Origin: a virus
Taxonomy: Duplodnaviria; Caudoviricetes
Reading direction: 5' to 3' (one strand)
IMG/VR virus record: IMGVR_UViG_3300048839_000240
Span: 1-33,798 of that record
DNA: 33,798 bases
Each line of letters opens with the position of its first letter. Positions within the stretch are counted from its first letter, which is position 1. The position numbers and the translations under genes were made by a program. Shown here piece by piece: positions 24,338-33,076 of this stretch. The notes beneath the pieces were generated by a model. The model worked only from the letters and a program-made list of their open reading frames with translations, was not told where the DNA came from and searched no databases.

Positions 24338-24993
24338 GTTCGTTGACTCCCCCACCTTCCGTTTCCAAGGCTACCGCTCTTCTTCACCGGGCGGTAGCCT
24401 TGCGTGACGCTATCCAAAATCAGGTGGTGGAAAACGACTCTAAAATCAAGGCTCTGGAGAATGAGGAGCAGCTACTTGAATTGGTAGCTGCCCTCATCAA
24501 GCGTTTAATTGACGAGGAGGTAACGGATGGTGTATCAGCGATTGAGAAACTGCAAACCGAGGGCTTGCAGGAAATTTTCTATGACCAGAACCTCTCCGTG
24601 AAGACCGAACTCGACGAACAGCGTGGTAAAATATCCGTGACCATGTACACGGTAGAGAAACGGGAGGATGGGACCGAAATCCAAGGGATGAGCGATGACC
24701 TTTTCGGAGGTGCTGTTCTTACTATGGAAGAGGTTTTCATGCGTATCTCGGTTATCTACCGTCGAGGGTTACGTCCCTTCCTCATTATGGATGAGACTTT
24801 GGCAGCGGTGGCAGATAAGTATGTGGACAGGGCGGCTGGCTTTTTGTCTACTCTGTGTGAGCGTTTAGGTTTCGACATGCTCCTTATCAGTCACGATGAT
24901 GCGGTTGTGGGAGCGGCACAGACGGCGTATCATGTAGACAAGGTTGGGACAAAAGCGAAATTTAAACCTCTGGTCAGAAAGGCTAGCGAATGA
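24334..24993 (+). CDS. sbcC: SbcC/Rad50-like ATPase, C-terminal half
   Basis: Short coiled coil, degenerate signature LFGG, Walker B FLIMDE, D-loop, H-loop LISHD. Confidence 0.8.
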   Translation: MSSLTPPPSVSKATALLHRAVALRDAIQNQVVENDSKIKALENEEQLLELVAALIKRLIDEEVTDGVSAIEKLQTEGLQEIFYDQNLSVKTELDEQRGKISVTMYTVEKREDGTEIQGMSDDLFGGAVLTMEEVFMRISVIYRRGLRPFLIMDETLAAVADKYVDRAAGFLSTLCERLGFDMLLISHDDAVVGAAQTAYHVDKVGTKAKFKPLVRKASE

Positions 24994-25460
24994 AAACCGA
25001 GAGTCAAATTCGCCACAAGCTGAAGCAGGTTATTTTCCGTCACAAGAAGAAATTTCTTGAGGCGAGAATGAAGTGCTCTCCAGAAAACTGTGCTAGCAAT
25101 AAGCTAGTCAAGTTACGAACCCCTCATGGTCACCAGAATTTCCGAGTCTGCGCATTCAAAAATGACAGCGTGGATCAAACAGACATGATCTGCGACCCGA
25201 ACATGGGAGGGATGAAACAGGCGGAATCCTGCCCTTATTTCACCCTTCGCTATGAGGCAGAGATCTTGAAAGACATGTTTGCGTCAAGGCTTGGGCTGGA
25301 TGGGACCGAGGTTGAGTTCAGTTTTTTGGCCAAGGAGTACCCGGATGTAATCGCCCTCCTGTGGGTGTTAGGGGATTCGACCCCGGATAAGCAAGGGGTG
25401 TTTAGCCTCTCTCGTGTGTTCCAGAACATAGACTTGGAGAATGAAGATGACGGAACCTAA
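24990..25460 (+). CDS. Cys-containing hypothetical protein (156 aa)
   Basis: CSPENC...C...C...CPYF; coupled ATGA start. Confidence 0.75.
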   Translation: MKTESQIRHKLKQVIFRHKKKFLEARMKCSPENCASNKLVKLRTPHGHQNFRVCAFKNDSVDQTDMICDPNMGGMKQAESCPYFTLRYEAEILKDMFASRLGLDGTEVEFSFLAKEYPDVIALLWVLGDSTPDKQGVFSLSRVFQNIDLENEDDGT

Positions 25461-25983
25461 CAACTCGATTGCCGAATTGGTCAACCTGAACCACCTGATC
25501 AAAAACAAGCAGGTTCCTCTCCTCATGGAGTTTGAGGTAAACCCGGATTTAGCCCCCTTCTTGGTGAGTTCCCCCAAGGGCCTGATATGGATCGAGAAAG
25601 CCGGAGAAAACAGTCAAGTCCGGGCGGCTCCTACAAAAATGAGTTATCTTCAGAGGAACCTGCTATTGGACCTTCTGGAGAAGTCTATTGAGGAACGGTG
25701 GGGAAATGTGTTCCCTATGTCAGAGGAAGGCGTAAAAGCCTGCCTCGAACATCTCAATGAATTTGGGGAGATTGAGATTTTAGCTCATCCGAAACAGGAC
25801 ACTTTTGGACAAGAAGTTGTTCAGGTTTCTTGGGTTCCCAAGGGATGCCTTGTATTCGTTCCAAAGGAACGAGGGTACCTTGGAAGCATTGGGGTATTCA
25901 GAACGGGTGAGAAGGTTGTGTTGATCCACAATCCTAGACTTGGGGTTGCAATCGCCTATGACAATGCAACAGTGGTTGAGTGA
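25447..25983 (+). CDS. Hypothetical protein (~178 aa)
   Basis: GGAG upstream of ATG 25447; overlaps both neighbours. Confidence 0.75.
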   Translation: MTEPNNSIAELVNLNHLIKNKQVPLLMEFEVNPDLAPFLVSSPKGLIWIEKAGENSQVRAAPTKMSYLQRNLLLDLLEKSIEERWGNVFPMSEEGVKACLEHLNEFGEIEILAHPKQDTFGQEVVQVSWVPKGCLVFVPKERGYLGSIGVFRTGEKVVLIHNPRLGVAIAYDNATVVE

Positions 25984-26641
25984 AGCCTTTCGTGACTCTT
26001 ATTTGAGCGAGGAGGCTCGGGACTACCTTTTGGCTCGTGGGGCTTTGTCGAACACGATTGAGGAGATGGGGGTGGTAACTTTTGTCCCTCCTGTGTCAGA
26101 GTGTCCTAGCCCCGAGTTCGCTACTAAGTTCGGGAAGCACTTCGAGTTTTTTGAGGGAAAACTCATGTTTCCGATTTACAGTCCTCTGGGAGCCCTCATT
26201 GGTTTCGACTCCCGAAGCGTTGAGGCCAAGGATTTGATCCGTTTCCACTTGAAGGAAGCCTCCTGGAATCCCGTGTTTCATGGGATGCCCAAAGCGATGC
26301 ACCGGATCTGGAAGGGGGCGGACATTTGGATTGTCGAGGGGGTGTTCGATTTGTTCGCCCTGGAACATATCCTCCCTGACTGTGCTATTATCGGGGTTGG
26401 ACCAGCGCACTTGAACTTTAAACACTTGGAGTTCCTACGAAGGTGGAAAAACCATGTCAACCTTTGCTTGGACCAAGATGATGCGGGTCGGAGAGGGATG
26501 AAGAAAGCCTTCGAGGATCTACAAAGATGGAAGATCTCGTGTAGAATGGTCGCGTATGGTAAGACCGGGGATGATCCCGGTGCAATTTGGACTCGCGGAG
26601 GCGTAAAGAGCTTGCAAGAGTCATTCAAACTCTACTTGTGA
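25958..26641 (+). CDS. dnaG: DnaG-like primase core (Toprim), no Zn-binding domain
   Basis: YL..RG, LMFPI...G.LIGF..R, IVEGVFD, LCLDQDDAG, DDP. Confidence 0.82.
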   Translation: MTMQQWLSEAFRDSYLSEEARDYLLARGALSNTIEEMGVVTFVPPVSECPSPEFATKFGKHFEFFEGKLMFPIYSPLGALIGFDSRSVEAKDLIRFHLKEASWNPVFHGMPKAMHRIWKGADIWIVEGVFDLFALEHILPDCAIIGVGPAHLNFKHLEFLRRWKNHVNLCLDQDDAGRRGMKKAFEDLQRWKISCRMVAYGKTGDDPGAIWTRGGVKSLQESFKLYL

Positions 26642-26655
26642 AAGGAAACACTACT

Positions 26656-27186
26656 ATGGCAATGGATATGTGGAAAGCGGGTCCAGAGACCCAAAAGATG
26701 ATGATCGACCTTATCAATCAGTATCACCCAAGTCTCGTTCTGATCCAGGATGAGATCGTGATTATCTTCCGTGAGAAGGCAAGTGCCTCCAACGGGCAGG
26801 TGTGCTTGGGTAAGACGAAGAAAGCACCTCCGTCGTTGGCTCTCTTGACGGACAAGAACTATCAGTACCGTTTCGTCATCGAACTTGCTGGGGACCAGTG
26901 GAACACTCTGAACGACACGCAGCGAATGGCCCTTATCGACCATCACCTGTGCTCCATTGTCGTGGAGGAGGATGCTAACTCGGGTGAGATCAAGTGCTCG
27001 ATTCGTCAGCCGGACTTCACGGGATTCAAGGATGAGGTTGCTCGCTGGGGTATGTGGCGTCCGCTGGACGATGAAACCCTTACCGCCGTCGAGAAGATGT
27101 TCGAGGGTGCGGCTAAGGACGCTCCCAAGAAGCGTAGTCGCGCTGCGGGTGACGCTGCCGACATTATTGACAACGCGATGAACTGA
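26656..27186 (+). CDS. Phage metallopeptidase-like protein (PF18894-like), degenerate HExxH
   Basis: LGKTKK, FVIEL....W..L...QR.AL.DHHL, PDF..F..EV.RWG; AAGGA SD. Confidence 0.65.
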   Translation: MAMDMWKAGPETQKMMIDLINQYHPSLVLIQDEIVIIFREKASASNGQVCLGKTKKAPPSLALLTDKNYQYRFVIELAGDQWNTLNDTQRMALIDHHLCSIVVEEDANSGEIKCSIRQPDFTGFKDEVARWGMWRPLDDETLTAVEKMFEGAAKDAPKKRSRAAGDAADIIDNAMN

Positions 27187-27194
27187 GGTGTTGT

Positions 27195-28616
27195 TTGAGC
27201 CTTGACGACAAATACCGTCCTAGAGCGTACAGTGATGTACTAGGGCAGAAATCGACCATTTCTGTTCTAAAGGAGTTGGTCAAAAAGCGTCAAGGCTTTC
27301 GGCAAAGCTATGTCTTTGCTGGACAGTTTGGCTCTGGCAAAACTACCCAAGCACGTATTTTTGCCAGAGCCCTACTGTGCGAATCCCCTGTGGATGGGGA
27401 GGCATGTGACAAATGCCCCTCCTGTTTGACTATGCTTGATCCCATGAGAACCCACGAAGATTTCGTGGAGGTGGATGCGGCGAATCACTCCAAAAAGGAG
27501 GACATCGCCCAAATCGTGGAGGATATCAAGTACGGCTCCTTTTCTGGCAGACAACGGCTCTACCTTTTTGACGAGAGCCATGAGTTGTCCAAGTCAGCGA
27601 TGGATGCCCTTCTACTTCCCCTGGAGAATACTCGCCCTGGTACCGAGGATAAACAGCTAGTCTGTATTTTCTGTACTACGGAGCCCTCGAAAATGCGGGG
27701 TGCTATTCTTTCTCGTTGCGCTCCTGTGTTCAAGATTGAGGTGATGCCTCCAGACGCTATTGCAGACTATCTGGCGATGATTTGCGATAAAGAGGGGTTC
27801 GAGTATGAACCCCAGGCGTTGAAGATTATTGCCGAGTCTACCGAGTGTCACATTCGTGACTGTCTGAAAGCCCTAGAGGGGATCTCTACTGTTGGCAAGG
27901 TGGACGTGACCAATGTTACGACCTACCTCCAAATGGACGCTAATCCGTTGTTCCTCGACGTGTTAGATAACATCGGAGGCGACTTTGCGAAGGTTCTTGA
28001 TGCCTGTCAGCAATTGTCCATGAAGGTGTCTCCCGCAACGGCTTATGAGAGCCTGGCAGAGTTGTCCATGTTGGCGTACCGCACGGTCCATGCTCCAGGC
28101 GTGGCAATCCCATCTTTCTGGGATTCCGCTAGGATCAAGCAAGTGGGGACCAAGCACTCTGAATTCTTAATTCAGTTCGCACAGGTGTTTGGGTCACGCC
28201 CCGCACACTCGAACCACTCGATGCTTTTGTGCGACATTTCTTCGCTGCACCAAAAAAGAACGGGGTTGGTGGTTCAGGCGACTTCAACCCAAGTCGTAAA
28301 TCTACCCGTACAACAGGCACAAGGCCCTGAAATCGGGCATAGTCAACTTAAACAGATTGACTTGTCGAATTCTGCGCCGATCGCGGATCAAAAACCAAGT
28401 AACTATGGTAATATGGAACCAGTAGTCACAGCACTTGGGGTCTATGTAGACCCAAGAGCCCAAGGTTTAAACTCACATGTTCCAACGATCGGAAATTCGA
28501 AAGTACCTGCTTTGTCCTCGAACGAATTCGCTGATATTCTGCACCGTAGGGTTGTGGAGTTGACGGAGGAAAACCGTGGCGGATCGTCGAGACGGAATAA
28601 CGTGGGTAGCTCTTGA
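27195..28616 (+). CDS. dnaX: DNA polymerase III gamma/tau clamp-loader ATPase
   Basis: KYRP..YSDVLGQ, GQFGSGKTT.ARI, four-Cys Zn cluster, EVDAA, FDESH, ILSRC, IRD; TTG start. Confidence 0.9.
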   Translation: MSLDDKYRPRAYSDVLGQKSTISVLKELVKKRQGFRQSYVFAGQFGSGKTTQARIFARALLCESPVDGEACDKCPSCLTMLDPMRTHEDFVEVDAANHSKKEDIAQIVEDIKYGSFSGRQRLYLFDESHELSKSAMDALLLPLENTRPGTEDKQLVCIFCTTEPSKMRGAILSRCAPVFKIEVMPPDAIADYLAMICDKEGFEYEPQALKIIAESTECHIRDCLKALEGISTVGKVDVTNVTTYLQMDANPLFLDVLDNIGGDFAKVLDACQQLSMKVSPATAYESLAELSMLAYRTVHAPGVAIPSFWDSARIKQVGTKHSEFLIQFAQVFGSRPAHSNHSMLLCDISSLHQKRTGLVVQATSTQVVNLPVQQAQGPEIGHSQLKQIDLSNSAPIADQKPSNYGNMEPVVTALGVYVDPRAQGLNSHVPTIGNSKVPALSSNEFADILHRRVVELTEENRGGSSRRNNVGSS

Positions 28617-29136
28617 ACTCACTCGACCCGGTGAAAGACTGGTCGAGGAGGGTTTATTTGAAAGCGAAATAAGACGGGTTCTAGGTGTAGATGACACCTG
28701 GCCCGTCTTTGTCCCATCTAAAATCTACGAAAAGAGAGGCAAAAAAGTAGCCGTCCATCTCATGGAGGGGTATGCTTTTGTTGGAACGGGCTTGGATGAA
28801 GTCCGTTATTTTCGTTTAGAGGGGTCGAAGTACATTGAAAAGGTTATGGCTCAAGTAGGTGTAAGGAATATGCGGGTTCTGTCCGTTATTCCTGATGCCC
28901 ACATACGTGAGTTAAAAAAGCAATTGGCTCAGGAGGTGTCCACGGATATTGTGCCTGGGATGGTAGTCAAGGTGACCGAGGGGGTGTATGCGAAACTCGA
29001 AGGGGAGGTCAAGGATGTGGAGGGCGATCATGCGGTCGTCCATTTTGTGCTTCGTTCGTTAGAGGTATTGGCGAAGATACCCAAAGTGTTTTTAGATACG
29101 AATTGGAGCGAAGATGATGAAGTCGTCGTGGAGTGA
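28576..29136 (+). CDS. nusG: NusG/RfaH-family transcription factor (NGN + KOW)
   Basis: W.AL, VFVP, LMEGYAFV; KOW motif PGMVVKVTEGVYAKLEGEV; GGAGG SD before GTG. Confidence 0.85.
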   Translation: MADRRDGITWVALELTRPGERLVEEGLFESEIRRVLGVDDTWPVFVPSKIYEKRGKKVAVHLMEGYAFVGTGLDEVRYFRLEGSKYIEKVMAQVGVRNMRVLSVIPDAHIRELKKQLAQEVSTDIVPGMVVKVTEGVYAKLEGEVKDVEGDHAVVHFVLRSLEVLAKIPKVFLDTNWSEDDEVVVE

Positions 29137-29731
29137 TTGCAGAACTATTGATCCCTCCGAACTCGAAGCCCGGTATAGCACCGAGGATTCCTTCCTGTTC
29201 ATGGAGAACTTTTTATTCGAGCCCCAACAGTCGGAGGAGTCCAAGTTACGACTGGAGAGAGTCCAGAAACTCCTTGAGGGGTTGCCAAACCTAGAGGCCG
29301 ATTTCTTCGAATTGTATTTTTTCAAGCATCTGACTCAGACGAATATCGCCCAGATCTTCAAGGTGTCCCAGCCAACCGTCCACTATCGTTTACAGAGGGC
29401 TACGGATAGAATCAGGTTCGTTCTTTCTCTACCGGATATCTCCGTGGAAGAGGTCGAGGAAGCGATGCGGGGTTTTTTGAGCGACCCGGAGGACGTGAGG
29501 ATTATGACCCTGATGTTTGAGACAACCTGTCAATCGGATGTCGCCAAACAGTTGGGAGTTACCCAGGGCAAGGTACGTCATCGCTTCATGCGGTCAACAA
29601 AAAGAATGTCAGAAAACCCCAAGATGGAAAAATATGCCAAGGTATTTTCTTCCATCGCTGACAATCTGAACATTAAACGTGAGGTCCAGCGGCCCTCTTG
29701 GGACTCCAAGGTGTCCTTCGTCATCGACTGA
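29114..29731 (+). CDS. Sigma-70 region-4-like protein with two HTH domains
   Basis: LTQTNIAQIFKVSQPTVHYRL and CQSDVAKQLGVTQGKVRHRF. Confidence 0.75.
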   Translation: MMKSSWSDCRTIDPSELEARYSTEDSFLFMENFLFEPQQSEESKLRLERVQKLLEGLPNLEADFFELYFFKHLTQTNIAQIFKVSQPTVHYRLQRATDRIRFVLSLPDISVEEVEEAMRGFLSDPEDVRIMTLMFETTCQSDVAKQLGVTQGKVRHRFMRSTKRMSENPKMEKYAKVFSSIADNLNIKREVQRPSWDSKVSFVID

Positions 29732-29734
29732 CGA

Positions 29735-29763
29735 TAATTACGTTATGACTATCACACAGGTAG
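29735..29763 (+). promoter_or_regulatory. Class-2 motif TAA-N6-TAT-N14-TAG
   Basis: TAA 29735, TAT 29744, TAG 29761; heads the putative late operon. Confidence 0.65.
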
Positions 29764-29771
29764 AGGTAAAC

Positions 29772-30323
29772 ATGAAAAAACTCGGAACAATCCTTCTCTC
29801 GGTGTGCCTACTTGGGTCATTAGGGTGCAAGCCATCCCGTAAAACTGCAAACCCAGGTGACTATGAGCTAATCGTCGAGTCCGCCCTGGAGGCAGCCCAG
29901 ATCGCCGCGATGATCGGGCGAAATGAGGCAATCAAAAATGACGACTTCGCTGGATGTGTGGTCTCCGACGTGCTGGGTGCGGGTCTAGATTCGGTTCAGG
30001 ATGCCCTGAAAAAGAACTCGGATACGAGCATTTTCGTTCCGGGTTTCGAGGTAGACCTGTCGGAGTGCATGGCCATTCAGGACAAGCGACCCCTTGGGAA
30101 CGATAAAATCAAGTCTATCGTGGACAATGTGGCGGGACTTTCGTTGAGCATGGCGAAGTACTATGCTTCCCAGCTATTGTCGGCCAAATGTGAGAAGGGT
30201 GTCGCTATCGTAGGTGCCTTGGCTTACTTGGAGAATCTGGTTCCAGCGATTTCGGACGAGATTGCTAACCCGGATGGGAAGTTCAAAGTAGAGGGGCTAC
30301 GTATCGAAGTAGCTTGTCAGTGA
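29772..30323 (+). CDS. Predicted lipoprotein
   Basis: MKKLGTILLSVCLLGSLGC signal peptide with lipobox; GAGGT SD. Confidence 0.8.
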   Translation: MKKLGTILLSVCLLGSLGCKPSRKTANPGDYELIVESALEAAQIAAMIGRNEAIKNDDFAGCVVSDVLGAGLDSVQDALKKNSDTSIFVPGFEVDLSECMAIQDKRPLGNDKIKSIVDNVAGLSLSMAKYYASQLLSAKCEKGVAIVGALAYLENLVPAISDEIANPDGKFKVEGLRIEVACQ

Positions 30324-30324
30324 A

Positions 30325-30627
30325 ATGTCCAAGTTATCCCTCAAACGAGTCATCATGACCAAGGAGGTAGCCTCTAGTTGGCTGCTTAAACAGGCGCATC
30401 CTGAGTACAGGTTTCGAGTGTTTAACCCCAACCCAAAGGACTACCCTAACCTATTACGGGCCTTCCGTGATGGTAAAACCAAGATTGCTGGAGTGGGGGA
30501 CATTCCAGATCTAGGCGTCAAAGAGGAGTTTGGTGGATTCTACGTGTGGTCGTCGGATGTAGTTGCTTTGGAGCAGTTGAAGAACTTCTTTGAGAAGCGC
30601 GGTATGGAAACGTCCTGGATTTGGTGA
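30325..30627 (+). CDS. Hypothetical protein (100 aa) with EVASSWL motif
   Basis: ORF starts 1 nt after the previous stop. Confidence 0.75.
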   Translation: MSKLSLKRVIMTKEVASSWLLKQAHPEYRFRVFNPNPKDYPNLLRAFRDGKTKIAGVGDIPDLGVKEEFGGFYVWSSDVVALEQLKNFFEKRGMETSWIW

Positions 30628-30632
30628 TTCCG

Positions 30633-31073
30633 ATGGCAGTGCTGACTCTAAAAGAATCCTGCTTTACGTACCGCGTTGCTACGGGAGATCCCTGTTTAGG
30701 GTCTTGGTCGTTCACGGTTGTAGTGAATCAGAATGGTACGATTGGGGTTCGGAACATTACTAGTCCATACGGGCTTCTTTGCAATTCAATGGCCCAAATC
30801 CCCCAGGATGTCTTACAGTCCATCCAAACTGCACAGAATCAGGTTCAAAATCTCGTGGCACAGACAAGCGCAATCAATGGCACACTGAATTTCGTGAATC
30901 AAGTAAGTCAATCGGTAGTATTCTCCACACCCTTTGTGGATACGTCTTACCGAGTGTATGTCACACTCCAAGACTTCATTGATTACCGAATCACTAACAA
31001 AACCACTACTGGGTTCGATGTCGAATTGAACGTCACCTACACAGGTCCAGTGCAATACGACGTGTTCGTCTAA
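30633..31073 (+). CDS. Probable virion protein with C-terminal beta-sandwich (NKTTTGF-type) domain
   Basis: V.FSTPF.DTSY.V...ITNKTTTGF pattern typical of tail-associated domains. Confidence 0.6.
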   Translation: MAVLTLKESCFTYRVATGDPCLGSWSFTVVVNQNGTIGVRNITSPYGLLCNSMAQIPQDVLQSIQTAQNQVQNLVAQTSAINGTLNFVNQVSQSVVFSTPFVDTSYRVYVTLQDFIDYRITNKTTTGFDVELNVTYTGPVQYDVFV

Positions 31074-31083
31074 TAGGTGACTT

Positions 31084-32667
31084 ATGGCCGTTCAACCACC
31101 CTTCCGAAGTGATGCTATCCAGATTGAAAATGCCGACGCCCCGGTAGGACCACGGTTGGTTGAAGCCTCATTGCTTGATGGCTCCCTCCGATTTACGGAC
31201 CCTCGTGTACCTGGAGGGATCAATCTTGCCGAGCTTGCTGGATTGCAGCGAGCACAGAACACCATCGTAGTTTCTCAAACGGGAGAGGCTGCCAGCAAGG
31301 ACGAGGATGGTAATCCAATCACGACGATCCAAGGCGGATTAGATGCGGTCCCTGATGGTGCTGACGTGAACAATCCCTGGGTCATCTACGTTGCCCCCGG
31401 TCTGTATGCCGAAGATGTCATTTGGGTCAAGGATGGTGTCGAGCTAGTTGGTCTGTCAAGAGGAGTTCGTATCCGTAACCTGACTCCCCAGAGTTCTATC
31501 CGCGTTCGACGTGGGTTGTTCACCGTCCCACAAGTCCTCAAAATCCGAAACGTCGAGATCGAACAAATCGGCGCTAATGCCTGTGTAGATGTGTCAAGCG
31601 CAACGTTTGCGTCCGGGACAGTGACTTTTGCATCCGTGCCATTGGTGAACGACACGTTCCTCGTGAACGGTGTAGCTTTGACGGCGGTGGCGGCTGGAAC
31701 GGCTCCTGGAGCTTTCGAGTTCGAGCTTGGGGCTACGACTGCGGAGACGGCTGAAAACGCTGTCGAGGCGATTGAGAACCCCCTGAATGGTCTGGTCGGT
31801 GTGGTGATCCCTACCGTCGTAGGGAACGTAGTCACACTCCGTTCCGTCAACCCAGGACTTGTAGGCAACGCACTTACATTGAATACTACGGTACCCTTGG
31901 TCATTGTGATTTCTGGCGCGAACTTCACGGGTGGTCAGGATGGCGAGCCCAACAGTGCGGTAGCCTCGAACCGTATTTTACTGCAAGACTGTACATTGGT
32001 AGCTTCTGTGCCTGGTAGACAATTGTTAGCTTCCTCGGTAAACTTCCTTCAGATCAAAGACTGTGAGTTCCGAGGTTCCGGTGTAGGGTCTTCCGTAGAG
32101 GTAGTGGATTGTGCCGGATTGGACGTATCTGGAGTTCTTGACATGCAGAATCTTACGTTCTCGTATGACTCTGGAAATCCAAACCTTCCAGCGGTGCTTG
32201 GAACAACCTTGACATTGAATAATGTCCAAGGTGCTTCTGCTGCGGTACTTCTTCAGGGGGTAGGGAGCATGGTGGGATCGAGTTGTCAGTGGACTTCATT
32301 GGCATTCAACGGTGACCGTTCGGCGCAATTGTCCACTTCACGAATCACAAATGTTGTTCTTGGCGGCACCTTTGAGCTTGCCTTGGATCGTTGCTATCGA
32401 AACAGTGTAGTAGCTTTACCTACAGCTACATTGGAGGAGTCTTATGTGGAGGGAACTGCTAGTTTTTTGGTGTCTTCTGTGGTGCCAGTTGTGTTTGCGG
32501 CTCCTCAGCCTGATGTGAACTATACGGTGTCTTTGGAATCGACGGTTGTACCGGCTCTGATTACTGACATCCCTTTCGTGTCCAACAAAACCGTGAATGG
32601 GTTTGACATTCAATTCGGAGCAGCCCAGACAACGGATGTACGTTATATCGTGACTCGCAATGTCTGA
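31084..32667 (+). CDS. Probable virion/tail-associated protein with beta-helix-like region
   Basis: TIQGGLDA...IYVAPGLYAE (pectin-lyase-like entry motif); Val/Thr/Gly-rich; C-terminal NKTVNGF domain. Confidence 0.7.
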   Translation: MAVQPPFRSDAIQIENADAPVGPRLVEASLLDGSLRFTDPRVPGGINLAELAGLQRAQNTIVVSQTGEAASKDEDGNPITTIQGGLDAVPDGADVNNPWVIYVAPGLYAEDVIWVKDGVELVGLSRGVRIRNLTPQSSIRVRRGLFTVPQVLKIRNVEIEQIGANACVDVSSATFASGTVTFASVPLVNDTFLVNGVALTAVAAGTAPGAFEFELGATTAETAENAVEAIENPLNGLVGVVIPTVVGNVVTLRSVNPGLVGNALTLNTTVPLVIVISGANFTGGQDGEPNSAVASNRILLQDCTLVASVPGRQLLASSVNFLQIKDCEFRGSGVGSSVEVVDCAGLDVSGVLDMQNLTFSYDSGNPNLPAVLGTTLTLNNVQGASAAVLLQGVGSMVGSSCQWTSLAFNGDRSAQLSTSRITNVVLGGTFELALDRCYRNSVVALPTATLEESYVEGTASFLVSSVVPVVFAAPQPDVNYTVSLESTVVPALITDIPFVSNKTVNGFDIQFGAAQTTDVRYIVTRNV

Positions 32668-33076
32668 TTATGACCCTCGGATGAAAAAACCCCCTTCAAC
32701 AGTGGAGATTGATCCCTACGTGACCATATCCTCCCGATGTGAGGTTTTTGGCCACGTCAAGTTGTTTGACTCTTGCCGAATTATGGATGATGCAAGGGTG
32801 TTTGGGTTTTGTCAGATTCGTAATCAGGCACAGATCTATCGACGAGCTACGGTCTATGGGTACGCGGAGATCAGCGATTTCTCGCTGGTAGGTGGTATGG
32901 CGGAAGTCTACGGGAAAGCCAGAATCTTTGGTAACGCGAGTATTCGGGGTGCTGCCATTATTTGTGGTACGGCGAGGATTGGGGGAAATGCAGAGATTTT
33001 GGGGGGTGTATGGGACGGAACTGAGGGGGAGATACTTGGGGGAAGGTGGTTGTGTCCGGGGGTCTTTGCTGACTAA
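32660..33076 (+). CDS. Left-handed beta-helix hexapeptide-repeat protein
   Basis: Repeats such as ARVFG, ATVYG, AEVYG, ARIFG, ARIGG. Confidence 0.8.
   Translation: MSDYDPRMKKPPSTVEIDPYVTISSRCEVFGHVKLFDSCRIMDDARVFGFCQIRNQAQIYRRATVYGYAEISDFSLVGGMAEVYGKARIFGNASIRGAAIICGTARIGGNAEILGGVWDGTEGEILGGRWLCPGVFAD

Noticed and set aside
28251-28258. A6G run in dnaX as a gamma/tau -1 frameshift site
   Set aside because: It reads CAA-AAA-AGA, not the canonical A-AAA-AAG phase, and no clear stimulatory hairpin follows, although the position near the end of domain III is suggestive.
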